From Gnetum montanum (Eukaryota > Plantae > Gnetophyta), in the NCBI GenBank assembly GCA_015680685.1, contig MNCI01001345.1:36035-100034 (forward strand): a DNA stretch of 64,000 nucleotides. The letters are read 5' to 3'. Below are positions 1 through 12,891 of the stretch, in pieces; position 1 is the stretch's first letter, and each line of letters starts with the position of its first letter. The notes below the pieces were generated by a model. That model was not told where the DNA came from and ran no database searches. It was given only the letters and a program-made list of their open reading frames with translations. The position numbers and the translations under genes were made by a program.

Positions 1-226
1 TTGTAGATAGGAGTAATCAAAGCCTAATAACACCAACTAATCATATGCCTTACTAAGAGTTACACCATACACTTTAACTTCACTAAATCAAAATATAAAG
101 ATAACAATCTCAAGCTTAACATAAATTACTAGTATAATTACATTTTCCATTTGTGGGTTATGATCTAGTCACACATGAAAACTCATTACTTGTATGGTAG
201 AGTGTTGGATGCTTCACCACTCATAA
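1..226 (+). mobile_element. 3' part of an LTR-A (Athila-type Ty3/gypsy), cut by the window edge
   Basis: Aligns with 8461-8682 and 20341-20562 (...ttgtatggtagagtgttggatgct). Followed by ttagcatcatttcta, a possible decayed PBS remnant. Confidence 0.85.
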
Positions 227-2454
227 TTAGCATCATTTCTACAAAATTATAGATGTAATGTAGCATCTAAAACATATTACATATGATATATTAGCTAACA
301 ATAGAATTTCATACTTTATCATACCACCAAGACTCATGAAAAACTCGTCCTCAAGTTGTATAGGAGGAATAAAGTTCATTACAAAAATTTTGAGTTAACT
401 AGGACTAGAATGACTAACATGATAAGTATGAGTGTCATATTAGAAATTTTATTCAAGTGGATGTCTTGAAATTTGACAAAAAACATTCAATATACATCAA
501 ATCTTACAAAATTGTATAGGTCTTCAAAAAATCCATCGAAGATGAATCTTCTTATTTTCCCTAGTAATGGCAGTCTTTCCAACCTTGATTATTATGTTGA
601 TGCTTCTCTTTTTATGTAGAACATTCTTGAAGGATAGGCTGAATTTTTTTCTCATCTTCCCATTGGTCCAAAAAACATATTATGTTTCAAATTTAATTCT
701 TGTATGAGCTACTATTTGTCCATGGGCATATCATCTCATGTCCTTCTCTTGGCATTTTTTCTTGACTTGCAAAAGACCTTAAACTTTAGCCTTTTCTTTT
801 AGCATCACCTACAATCACCATACGATCAACAATAATTTTGGTAAATTTTCCTTAATAATCAACCATTTTCAAATCCCTTAGTTAGCTCAAAATTTAAAAA
901 CATTTTAGCATTTAGGCTCAAGGTGATTTCATAATAATGCTTCCCAAGGCTCTAATGTAACTAAAATCATAAAGTTGTTTACATTATTTTGATTCTTATT
1001 ACTATTAGCTATCATAAGTTTTGAAAATTAGGTGTTAGAAAAATTTCATCCCTTAATCACACCCCCCTCCCCCCACAATTAATGAGCTTAACTCCAAAAA
1101 TGTACAAGTTTTCAAACAATTAAAACTAAAGGTCTGCGTCATAAGATTGCCAAAAATTTTGAATTTTGAATTGATAAGAAATTTTACTATAAAATAATTA
1201 AAGATAATTTGAAATTTTTTATAAGTAGTTGCAAAATCATGCACAAATTTAGAGAAGTTATCCATGATGTCCTTGAACATGTGAGGTTCTGGTTCAAAGT
1301 CATGATCAACAAAAGTTATGCAAGTGGGTCCCCCCCAAAGCAAGCTCCTACCATAATTTCCTAACATAACCACTTCTATAGATGTACATGGGCATCTTAG
1401 AAGTTAAATGTAGATAATACCTTTGTTCCAAACAACACACAACTACCTTGGTTAGGATTCTACACTATATTATACAAAACCATTAGGTACATAATTTCAT
1501 GCAGCGGTAAGATGACTAATGGAATGAGAAGGGATTAAAAAGAATAGGATGTGAAGTGTCTTACCATAGGCATAATAAATTCTATGTTTGATGTGTGATT
1601 AAAATAATCATTAGATTTTCATCCAAGATTCAAACCAAGTCCATCTCACTTTTCAGTGGCATTGCATTGTATCATCCCCAAGACTAACAACTAAAAGAAC
1701 ACCATTGTTGTAAGAAGTATTATAACTTGGCAATGTAGTTCAACGAAGGAGTTTATTAATAGTATGTTCTTTTTATTTTTTATATTTTTGAGAAGCTGCC
1801 TACCTTCATGCATCAGTAACATGTCTTTCTAGTGGAACGCATAGAAATTTTATTTTGGGCTTTTATTTTATTTTTACTATGTTGGAATTACTAGAGGATT
1901 ACCTTTAGGCATGGGTAACATGCATTATAATGACATATTAAGGCAGAACATATCATACTATTACTTCCATTTTTTGTTAGAACTCAAGAAAATAATAGAC
2001 CATTAACAATAAGATATAACTCACAGAAGTAGTTCTAGAAAATCCACAACTTCCCTTTATGTCACATCCTTTTCATTCCCATTTGGTTATTCACTCTTCT
2101 ATCTAGGCATAATGATCAGGATTTTATTCTTATTTTATTATAAAAAGAATATCATTATGACCATCATAAGAATCTCCTATCGTTGAAAATGAAAAAAATA
2201 CAATTATTTACCCAATCATCTAGATAGCACAGGATAGAAACCCAACATGTAGCATTGACTTCTACATCATGATTGATAATATTGTTAAATAAAACATAGT
2301 AACCATCCATTTAACATAAAGAAAATGACTCAAGAAAAGAGAAAATTATATAGAAAAAGAATAGCAAGAAATGAAAAACATATTAAAAATTGAAAAATTT
2401 TGAAGAAATACAAAAAGGATAATAAAATTCTAAAACAAAAAGTGCATATACACT

Positions 2455-5253
2455 TATTAGTTCTTGATCCAAGATGGAGCATCTTCCCCATAACTAAAAT
2501 CATGGATCAGCATTTGTATAATGGACTGAATGTTCATTTAGTTATACACCATAAGTTTCCCATTTATCATCATTAGTGATTTGATTTTTCACTAGTTAGC
2601 ACATTTAACATTGATGATAATTAGGTTTCAATTATTTGGAGACATATATTCAGTTGGAATTGAAGGTGTTTCCTATTTAGAGGGTCAAGATATGTTTTTT
2701 TCTTTAATTTTCTATTTTGGTTCTTGGGTCTCCATGTTTAACAATTTCTTCTAGTCTATAGTCAAAGTGTAAGACGTCCTTTTCTAAGTTCTTTGTTTAG
2801 TTCATTGTCTTAGGACTAGATCTAATAAGTAGGTTGGATGTTTCCATGTATATTTAAAATGGTTTGGTATTCTAATTTTCTAACCATTGGGTGTCTTTTG
2901 GTTTAGTGAATATTGTGTAAACATAATTTTACACACACACTTGTTTTTCAAGTTTTTTGTGGATTGGAATAGGGATCATGTTATCACTTTGAACTTTTAG
3001 GCCATAGTTTCACCCTTTATCATTATTAGTAATGCATTGAATTTTCTATCTCTCCATAGTGATAGGTTTATCTTTGATGTTTTGTATTGGAGGGGTGATG
3101 GTTGTTGACTTTTACATAGGATTAGGAGACCTTGTTTTCTTAAAGAAGGGGGTTACACTAGATTGTCCTTATGATAGTTCTAATAAGATAGTAGGTCTAC
3201 TAGTTTTATTAACATGTGTGCAAACTATCCTAAAGAAAGGATGTTTCTAAGAATTTTACTGAGATCGTTGCACTCTTTTGTTAAGGTTGTACTCTTTTGT
3301 TAAGGTTGTGATGCTAATATTTCCTACATTGTTGATTTTGGCACATGTTGATGACAACTATGAGAGTATTAAGGATGTGATGGATGATGAGAAATATGGG
3401 ATGGTGATCCCACAAGAGATGTTGTGGGTTGATGATATTTAGGAGAGTAGAAGTAGTGACTTGAGGCATGGGAAGTAGAACCATTTGGAAAAACATGTTG
3501 TTGAACATAGTATTCATAAGGGTCTAACTAGCAATAGGGATATTGATGGTTTAGGGTTTGGCGTCCCCATGACTATGGGTTTTGCCACTATGATTGATAG
3601 TAGTTATGAGGTTGAAAAAACTCCCATTGGGATAGTATGGTTGGTTGTAGGACTATCTATAATTACCTTGTAGGTAAGGTAATCTCTTAGGCATTTTCTT
3701 TTTTATGAACTTGGGATTCAAAGAAGACCAAAACTCTTGTAGATGTAACATAACTAGGCAATAGCCCTTTGGATGATCATATTGATAGATGTTACATCTG
3801 TCCTCCTTCTCTATATCTGAGTCTTTTACCTCTTCTACTACAAGTATTTTTCCTTTTTTCTGATAAGTTTCCTTACATGTTTCCTTGTTCTTTTTTCTCT
3901 TCTTATTTTAATCACTTGATCCTAGTTTCCTTACCTTCTCCTCTATTATTTTCAAGTTGGTTGTAACTTTTTCATTCATCAAGTCCCACATCTTATCTAC
4001 CCTTGCTTCAATCTCGATGATAAACTTTTGTATTGACAAGGTTTTATGTGAAATCAACTCATTAAGAGTTGCCTCTTTTTCCTGATCATAAATATGGATA
4101 TATTTTTAATGAAGATTTGAATCCAAGTTATATTCCTCTATGCTCTCCCTTTTACATAAATCTTCTTCTTATTTTTCCACATGTTTAACTAGCTTTTGTA
4201 TTTAATGGGCTCTTAGTTTTGATAATCATCCTTGGGCATAGATCCCAAGGGTCTCCCTCATTTTTTACGAAATCCATCTATGATGTGATGAAGCTACTCA
4301 CTTTGAGAAAATTTATGGCCTTAGCATCAATGCAATAGAGAATAGTATCTTCCCAAGGCTAAATCAAGGATTTATGGTTCTCTTTTTTCCATCCTTGGAT
4401 TTTTTTCCTTAGATTAAAAACTCTTACATAGGTTTGGTAGTTCTTATGGAAGAGCTCAAGCAATGTTGACCACTTGTGGATTGAATTTGGTTCCAACTAT
4501 CTATACCAACTTTCAGCTTCTTCTATTAGTGTCCTAGGGAAGATCTTAAGCTTTTTTCCACTTACTTTCAATATTTTACAAAGTGCAAGCATCATGGAAG
4601 ACTTGTAAATGTTGTTGTGAATAATAATTATAGCCTCCCTTAAATTTAGAAATGTTATTCAAATCAAGCTATTTGATCTAACTTTTGCTATGATGGCTAT
4701 GAGATATTCTAATTGCATCCATGATATGTATTATGCTTTTAGTATCCAACAAGGGTTCATCATCATTAGATATATCATAGTAATAATATATATTTATATT
4801 TTTCTAATTATGATGATCTTATATATTCTTCATTTGATATGTTGTATCTTTTCTTTGATTTCCATTTCTATCTCTATCATGACCCCTTAGTGTAACTCTA
4901 TCTTCATACCTATGTTCAACTTTGTTAGAACTAGACATTGAAGATGAAGAGGAAGATGGTGAACTAGGAGAAATGCCATGGTTTCTATATTTTCCACTAT
5001 GATCACTTGGTTCATCTTTTCTAGGTTTTTTGGAGGTTTTAAGTCTTAAGGTTCTCCTTGTTATAGGACTTGTTCCATCCCCTCTGGGATTATCCATGAT
5101 AGTTAAATGTTGTCTTTGATAGTATGGGTCAAATGAGCATATGAAACCATTGCTTGGAGAGGTTTACTCTAATTTATTCAATATAAGTTCTATTACTTAT
5201 TCGACTAGTGGTCTCATTATGTGATGGATTATAGGTCCTATGTGAAGATGACT
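2455..5253 (-). pseudogene. gag: Decayed gag-like ORF of element B1
   Basis: Reverse strand contains LDLNNISKFREGYN...HLQVFHDACTL, homologous to gag at 37860-37990 and to the 52844-53110 ORF, plus a decayed zinc-knuckle region ~3760-3800. Many stops. Confidence 0.75.
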
Positions 5254-5367
5254 TGTTTTTGGTTAATAATGTGTGTGGATTAAAATATTAATTTTTCTTA
5301 AAAGAAAAGTTAGTAATTATTTTATAACGATCATTTGTAATATAACTAAGCTATATCACTAGGAACA

Positions 5368-5385
5368 TCCTCGACAATGATGCCA
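5368..5385 (-). promoter_or_regulatory. Primer binding site (tRNA-Asp), decayed
   Basis: Reverse complement TGGCATCATTGTCGAGGA versus the Athila PBS TGGCGCCGTTGCCGGGGA, one base from the LTR end. Confidence 0.85.
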
Positions 5386-5386
5386 A

Positions 5387-6216
5387 TGATGAATGACAAG
5401 TGTCCCCTATGCCCAACTATATGAATTACAAGTGTGTATGCACGATTCGGTTAAATTCCATGGATGGGACTAGTGTGACATCTAAATCATTAAGTATTGA
5501 CCATAGGTTATTATCTTCTCACTTGGACTAGTAGTATGGTTTATTCTAAAGTGAGGCATATGATTATTGATGTTTTGTAGCTATGGCTAAGCTAGTTAAA
5601 ATCATGGAAATAAATGGTTTAATTAATCTAACTAATAACAAAAAGATAAATCCTAAGCTAATCTATAGGTGATGAGTGTTCATTTCTAGCTTACTGTACA
5701 CATTATAGATTCATGTAACCACTACTAGGATTACCAAGTATTATGCTACTAAGCAAACCAAGTAATAACACTACTAGGGTTACCAAGAAAATATGTGTTT
5801 ATGCTCAAAAATGGTCACACTCATTCGACCAATTGATTAACATGCATGAAACTATAAATATTAACTAAGTACATGAAAATTAAATTTCATTGAAAGTAAA
5901 TCTATTCTAAGTCAAAGTGCTACAATGAATATGAATCAATCTCGATCTTATTTCTATTCATGAAATGTGTCTAGGTATAATTCCACTCAAATAAGACATT
6001 GTAAAACTAAACCAAATGCACACTACTAGCACTAACTGACTATTTTCTAAGATTACAAAATAAAATTACAGGAGTTTAGCTACTAGAATAAACAAGGTGT
6101 TCATAAAAATTATAGGAGACTCATATTTATAGGAATTTATTATAATTGTAATTTTACATTTATGACATATTATCCTAGCTTATGATAGAGAAAATGTGAT
6201 GTAGGGAATGCTACAT
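5387..6216 (-). repeat. LTR-B (5' LTR of B1, truncated)
   Basis: Aligns with 53763-54605 and, inverted, with 36010-36726. Confidence 0.85.
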
Positions 6217-7465
6217 GATTGAACCTCCTATTGTGCATGTTTGGCCTATGAAGTTTGTTCTCCTACTTGGCCTTTCCCAAACCCTCTTAGTCTCTTACTT
6301 ATTGGTAATGAATGTCCTTTAGCTCTTGGTCTCTTGAAGACCATCAACAATCATTAAGAGTTTAAGATTACCAAAATGTTTAAATTTGGTCATAATGGTT
6401 CATATTTCTTTCTTGTACTCTCGATTAGATTAATCTTGTATCTTAACATGATTGCAGAGTTAGAAAAATTTTGAAAAGAAATCCCCCAAGTGTTATACTT
6501 ATAATTATTATGGCCCTCTATAGTTGTTATTTCCTTAATTTTTTGTGTCCTTGTTTAGCTAATATGGTTAATAAGGAGGATTAGCTAAGCTTTTTAGCTT
6601 AAATTTGATTAATTAACCATCATATTCTTATTATTCTTTTATGCTAACCCTTATACAATCCTCTAAGCATGATGAAGATTTTGGCTCAATTTTCCTTCTT
6701 TTCATGCAATTCTCTCCTCTAAAACTAAGTTGAATGCTTTAGGATCAATAAAATTTGAGAATTTTGCAAATTAGAGCTACAATGAGGAAGTTATGGTTTT
6801 GAGAAGTTAGATTACCAAAGCTCAAAGAAAAAAATATTCAAAATTTTCTTTTGGTGCACAATGATGAAATGAAAATTTCCTTAACTCCTACACATATATA
6901 TACTATTTTTATAATCATGACATCATAGATGAAACATCATAGGCCATGTGACATGTAGCTACAATGTCACCACAAAAAATTTGGAATTTTTTTATGGATT
7001 TTCATGGAAAAAATGAGTCAATTGGAATCTTTGGAAGATGTGAAGATCATCTAAAGAATCTTGAATTATTAATGATACTTAAATTTTTGAAAATTTGGTG
7101 TTCAAGATTACAAGGAAGGAATCTTGGGAAATGAACGTTTATTAAGTGTAAATGAGATGGATTGAGAGTTATGAATGTTTGGATAGATTATTGAACTTGA
7201 GGGAAGTAAAAATTGAATTCCAAAGTGTTATGGGAATTCAAAGATGATGTGGATATTATTTTTAGGTATGAGACACAATAGTTATACAATTGAGTCCTCC
7301 ACAAAGTAGGATTTAGCCCTTAGTATCCTTGTATAACCACACCTAAAAGTGTCCCTAGGCATCAAAGGAGTTGAATTTAAGACATGCCTTTCTTTTAAAA
7401 CACACATGCTTGTATTGCCAAATTTGGAAAATAACACTATCTTAACCAAAACCATAAAGTGATGA
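6216..7465 (-). mobile_element. Fragment of A-type internal 3' spacer plus N-terminus of the extra ORF
   Basis: Reverse complement matches ~24620-25845. Encodes MVFKRPRAKGHSLPISKRLRG starting near 6346. Confidence 0.8.
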
Positions 7466-7805
7466 TTTGTATGAGCATGGACAATATATGATCCAAGGAC
7501 AAAAGAAGAAAAACTTCAAGTGCACCTAAACCATTACCAAATTCAAAAGTCTAGTGATAAAGGGAAGAAGTTGATGGAAGAGCCTCCACTACTTAGAACA
7601 TAAACTACACTGAGCTACTTTAGATTTTTGTTTTTTTTTTTGTTTATAATTTTCAACTATGTCTAACCTTTTTAAAAACACCACTATGGCATTCAAGATT
7701 TATGTAAATAGTTAGTCAACTTAATTCTACCTTCCAATTTTGTAAGGGACTTTATCCTAAGTTTTTTTTAACTCAAGGATGAGTTTCTAGTCAGTTGTGA
7801 GGGTA
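7466..7805 (+). mobile_element. 3' end of an A-type internal region: extra-ORF C-terminus and PPT
   Basis: YDPRTKEEKLQVHLNHYQIQKSSDKGKKLMEEPPLLRT* matches 28350-28474 and 46740-46859. gttgtgagggta precedes the LTR start tgata. Confidence 0.85.
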
Positions 7806-8682
7806 TGATAAACTCAATTTTCAAAGTGATGTGATATAAAAAATATGATATTGTATCAACGATGTCATAGGCCATGTTAGATCATCATTGATGTGGTGTC
7901 TCAAGATCTTTGCATCCCTATAAATACTAACACTTGGATGCACAATTGATAAATTTTTCATTTTAGTCTTAAGGAAACCCATATAGTTTTTTTTTCATAG
8001 TTTTAGCAATAGAGTGAATGCCTACATTTTGATGTTGAGTAGTTGTATATACTCTTTATTCGAGTGAAGTATACTTGGGCATAGTTCATGTCTACAAATA
8101 AAAATTAAGATTTCTTTTTATCATTGCAACATCCAATTAGTTTTACTATTTTACATAGCTTAATTTCCATGTTTACTTAGTTAACTATTTACATTTTCAA
8201 AGTACTTTACTTGTTCACTAATAAAGCATAATGAGTAAAATTGGTTTTGAACACATACATGTCATCATTTGGTAATCCCAGTGGTGTTATTGCTTGGTTT
8301 GCCTAGTGTCAAAATTTTTGGTACTCTAGTAGTGGTTACATGATCCCAAGGCATGTATGGTAGACCAAGACCAAATGCTCATTGTTATAGGCTAGAGAAG
8401 ATTTACATTACCATCATTACTTAGATTTAAATTATTATTTTCAATTTACATTATGTTTGTAACTAGGATTTATCAAAGCCTAACAACATCAACTAATCAT
8501 ATGCCTTACTAAGAGTTACACCATATACTTGAACTTCACTAACTCAAAGTGGGAAGATAGCGATCTCAAACTTAACACAAATTACTAGCATAATTACATT
8601 GTCCATCTATAGATGATGATCTGGTCATGTGTAAACACTCATGACTTGTATGGTAGAGTGTTGGATGCTCCACCATGTATCA
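7806..8682 (+). repeat. LTR-A (~877 bp)
   Basis: TG...CA ends, TATA ctataaatac at ~7918, PPT upstream and PBS downstream. Aligns with 19689-20562 and, inverted, with 31032-31924. Confidence 0.9.
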
Positions 8683-8683
8683 T

Positions 8684-8701
8684 TGGCACTGTTGCTAGGG
8701 A
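8684..8701 (+). promoter_or_regulatory. Primer binding site (tRNA-Asp), decayed
   Basis: TGGCACTGTTGCTAGGGA directly after the LTR end. Confidence 0.9.
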
Positions 8702-8826
8702 TGTGTCAATGTGTGCTTAATAGTTAATCTTATACAATTTGTTGCATTACAAGATATAAAATTATATCTTTCATATTCTCAATTAATTTTACTAACACAA
8801 ACACACACAAGCATCAAAAACATAAC

Positions 8827-11800
8827 ATGTCCTCAACATTAAAAGAGAAGATGTCACCTATCAAAGAGCTATAGAAAAGTCATGACAAAAAACATGATAA
8901 TGAAAATTGGAGTGCACCAATGCAAACAAGAGTTTCATATGCTCACACTAATTTGTACTATCATAAATTTACATTCATCCTTCATTAAGATGAATAAATC
9001 ATATGGAGAGATATGTAGGATAACATAGTTTTCTCACCATAATGTTCAATACCATTAATGTTTCAAGAAGCCCTCAAGAAGGCCAACCTACGCCATGAAT
9101 AGGAAGGGTATCAAGTCACAAAGGACATGACTAGGCTATACCAACCAATAAAGCCCTAGGTAATAAGGGATGCTATCATGGAAGCACAACATGAACATGA
9201 TAATGGAAAGAAAGTCCCTTAGAAAATTGTCGTAGAGGAAATAGAAGATACCTCATTTCAAGTTGATAAGTTTTATCAACTTCAAAGATCTTACTCCCAC
9301 ACATCATTTATACACATTGAAGATCTTGCCAACATAAAGCTAAAGTCAAGTCATGTAGAGGACCTTGGAAGGAATGCAAAGGACTCAAGACATAGGCAAA
9401 GCTTAAGGCCTAGAGCTTCTAAAGAACTAAAAGAGAATTAATCAAGGAGTCATTGAAAAAAAACCACTTGACACCATTCTCCAACTACTTCATCCACCTC
9501 GTTGCATTTATCTATAGAGTCTAACAAGAGGAAATGTTGATACTAAGATAAAGAAAAAGAGAGACAAAGGAATGATGAGAGACATGAGTATAGAATAAGA
9601 TGTCTTGATAGTGAAGAGGATGAATATGAACAAAGAAGAAATAGAATCAGACATGAAAAAATGGAGCATTATGAACATATAAGGGGCTACCAATACAATA
9701 AATATTATGAACATGATCACTATAAAGAGCCCCTATTGGCCACTTGCAACATGATTGACATCAAGAAAATAGTCTCTATTCCAATAAAGAACTTAAGGGA
9801 TAGTCTCTTCAAGCAACTAGACATCAACAAGATGCCTAGATTTGAGGGTGGATATAACATAGATTCATAACATCACCTTCAAGAATTCCACAATGCCTAT
9901 GCTCTCCAAAACATAGATAGTAACTAGAAATAACTAAAGTTGTTCCCTAAAACACTCATTAAGGAGGTAGAAATCTATTATCAAGCCCTAGAACCAACAT
10001 CAATCCAAATATGAGGTTCCATGCTAGAACTATTCAATGATAAGTATCAAACCTACTCATGAGTATTAAACCTATGAAAGTAGATTCAAGCATGGAAGCA
10101 AGGAACACACAAATTCCTTAATGCATCAATCGGTAGGTAGTATTCCTTACTATATAGATTCCTAGGCCATGGATTTTCATGGAAAGAACAACTAAGGCAC
10201 ATAATATATGGGTTTAGGAACAAAACCAAAGAGACCCTTGGGTTTTATGCCTACGGATGATTATTAGAGATGACCATCCATTGAATTTAAAGGTTAATTA
10301 ACCAAGTAGTAAATGAAGAAGGAGAAATGAAGAAGAGAGAATCAACTAAAGAGCATAACAAAGATCAATCAATAAGAAAACATAATGTATAGATATGTGA
10401 TAAATAGAAGGATGAAACCTTGAAAGATGTCATCCAAAAGAAGAATCTACCAACACAAAAATTAGTGAATGATATAGCAACCAAGGTAGAGAAAATGTGG
10501 GATTCAATAGACAAAAAACTTTGCTATAGCCCTGACTATCATAGAAGAGAAGACTAAATAAGCAATTAACAAGGGAAAGGAAAAGAAGAAGAAAAGATAC
10601 TATGGATAGGAAAGTTACAAGTACAAAGGAAAAGTTACTATTGCTGAAGGATATACTGACTCTAGTTTTGAGGAAGAGGAAGGGTGTAAGATGTGCTAGT
10701 ATGAGCATCCTAGGGGATGTTGCCCTATTATGGTCCACTTATAAGAGTCTAGGGCATATGCACTCAATCTGAGTTTTGTCAAAAAGAAAATTCTAAGATG
10801 GTTACCTTATCCTTAAGATAATCTCAAACAACCTTTTTAGCTGACCTACTACCCAAGTGAAGCTTATCCTCAATCACAGGAGTAATACTAGTAATAGTGG
10901 TAGCAACCATAGGCATAGGAAATGCCACCGCCAAGGCAACAGTATTCATATAGGTAAATAGACCCTTATGGATGCTATGTGTAGTGTCTAATATCTCTAG
11001 GAAACATAATGGTTCACATTTATCAATATTATTCACTTGAGTATTATAGACCTACCACTCCAAGGATGGATTCCAACCCATATGTACATCCACCAATAGC
11101 TAGTCCATTAAGTCAACCATCCAATCATTTACCATCGATACTACCACTAGTAATTTAAGGGGAGCTACCCTCACAACCATAGCACAAAAATACTACTAAG
11201 GCAATGAATATATAGAAAGAGAATCATACCTACAATAGTAAAGAAGAATCTTCAAAATGTACTTTCTTCATGAAAATTCCTAAAAAGGCTAGTAGATTTA
11301 AGGCTTCATTGAATCTTGCTCCTTATATAAAGGATCCTCCTACCAACACCATGCTTCTACAATAGTCAAATCAAAAGATTACAAATTTCATGTTAACTAA
11401 AGTAGCATTAGATTGGATTAAGGTAGGAACACTTCCTAAGCAAATAATTGATATGATAATTCCTCCAAATTATTTACAAATCACTAGAAATTTACCATGC
11501 AAGGCTCTACTAGACTCAAGTTCCAGAGTAAATTTGATATCTCAATAAACATACAAGGCATGGAACCTACCACACTTAAAGAAGTACAACACAAGGTTAG
11601 ATCTAGCAAATCAATATATTTCCATTCCTTTTGGATAGATAGAAGATGAGAAAGGAGCCATACATATGCAAAGAATTATATGCATTACCAATAATAATGA
11701 AGGATGCAGTTATGGACTAAAACTTTAGAATGTCAACATAATTCCTACACCATCCCACAACAAATGAGAGAAACAATTGTGTGAACAAAAAGACATAAGG

Positions 11801-12141
11801 GCCACTAAACCAAAACACACCTAGTGGCTAAGAAATGACAACATAAAACTATCCAAAACATGCATGGAAACATTTGATCCACTTATTAACTCCTACCTTA
11901 ATAAAATGACCCAAACTAAGAACTCACAAAAGGGTATCATAAACTAGAATCATAAACCAACAAATAATAGAAATGGACATTTAAAATTTGAATTGAATAA
12001 TAAAAAAGAGAGTGTAGATGGATCTTCTAAAATGGAAAGATCATCTACTCCAATAGGATATATTTCCTCAAATGATTAGAACTTGATTACCATCAAGATT
12101 ACATGGGATAATAACCAAAAACCTAAGTCACTAAGGATGGG
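8827..12141 (+). pseudogene. gag: Decayed gag plus partial aspartic protease; no RT/INT
   Basis: LDINKMPRFEGGYN (~9815), knuckle GCKMC*YEHPRGCCP (~10682) and protease ALLDSSSRVNLI (~11504). Then a deletion into the tail shared with the non-autonomous B/C elements. Confidence 0.85.
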
Positions 12142-12891
12142 ACCCCTACACTCAACCATATGAATACGAGCATTACAAGCGTGATCCGGTCGAACTCCAC
12201 AGACTAAGTGCCTACATTCCTTATGGAACACCAAAGGTTAATCATTTGTTATCTTCCTAAACTTACTTGTATTTGTCACAGTTGTATGGTTAAGTAAGTT
12301 TGAGGTATGTGATTTTTATGTCTTTTATCTTTTATCGCCTATGCTAATAAGGGAAAGGGTGAAGAGACTAAGAAACTAACTTTAACTAACTAAGTTCTAA
12401 TGCCTAGCATCAGTATCCTTCCCACTTTCCATTCACACCCTAAACTAGTGCAACCTTCTGGGATTACCAAATGCTATTCATTGCTGGGATTACTAAGCAT
12501 AATGCACATGCTCGAAGTGATCATACTGAATGAACTTAACTAGGAGTGTTGAGGGTTGAGGAAGATTAATTAACTAATAAAGAATTTAACCATTTAACAT
12601 TAATTAAAGTACTATTTAACTTAGTCCATGCATTGCAAGGTTTATACAAAAGTTCATCTTTATTTCCATACACAAACGTGTGCTCAAGTACAATATTTTC
12701 TCAAATAAAGATCTGTTCACTTTGGGACTCCTACTGCGAGCACATGGAAATTATTCTATCTCTGAAGAGGTAAAAATGCCAGAGTTTTCCTAAGGGTCTA
12801 GATCTAGATGGAGAAACAAGGGAGAGCCGCCTCTTATTTATAGAATTGGCAACGTGCCATATCGTAGCCCATGCGATATCGCTTCCCATCA
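12142..12891 (-). repeat. LTR-C (3' LTR)
   Basis: Direct repeat of 18214-19001, adjacent to PPT tacccccatgac. Confidence 0.9.

Larger units (their letters stand above)
247..6216 (-). mobile_element. Non-autonomous Athila-type LTR retrotransposon, family B copy 1 (gag only; no PR/RT/RH/INT)
   Basis: On the minus strand: 5' LTR-B (5387-~6216, outer end deleted), PBS 5368-5385, decayed gag, A-rich tract, 3' spacer, PPT-like cttggtggta at ~322-331 and a 3' LTR stub 247-321. Colinear with 50173-54708. Confidence 0.85.

Noticed and set aside
8684-8701. tRNA gene
   Set aside because: Only an 18-nt complement of a tRNA-Asp 3' end (PBS); no cloverleaf.
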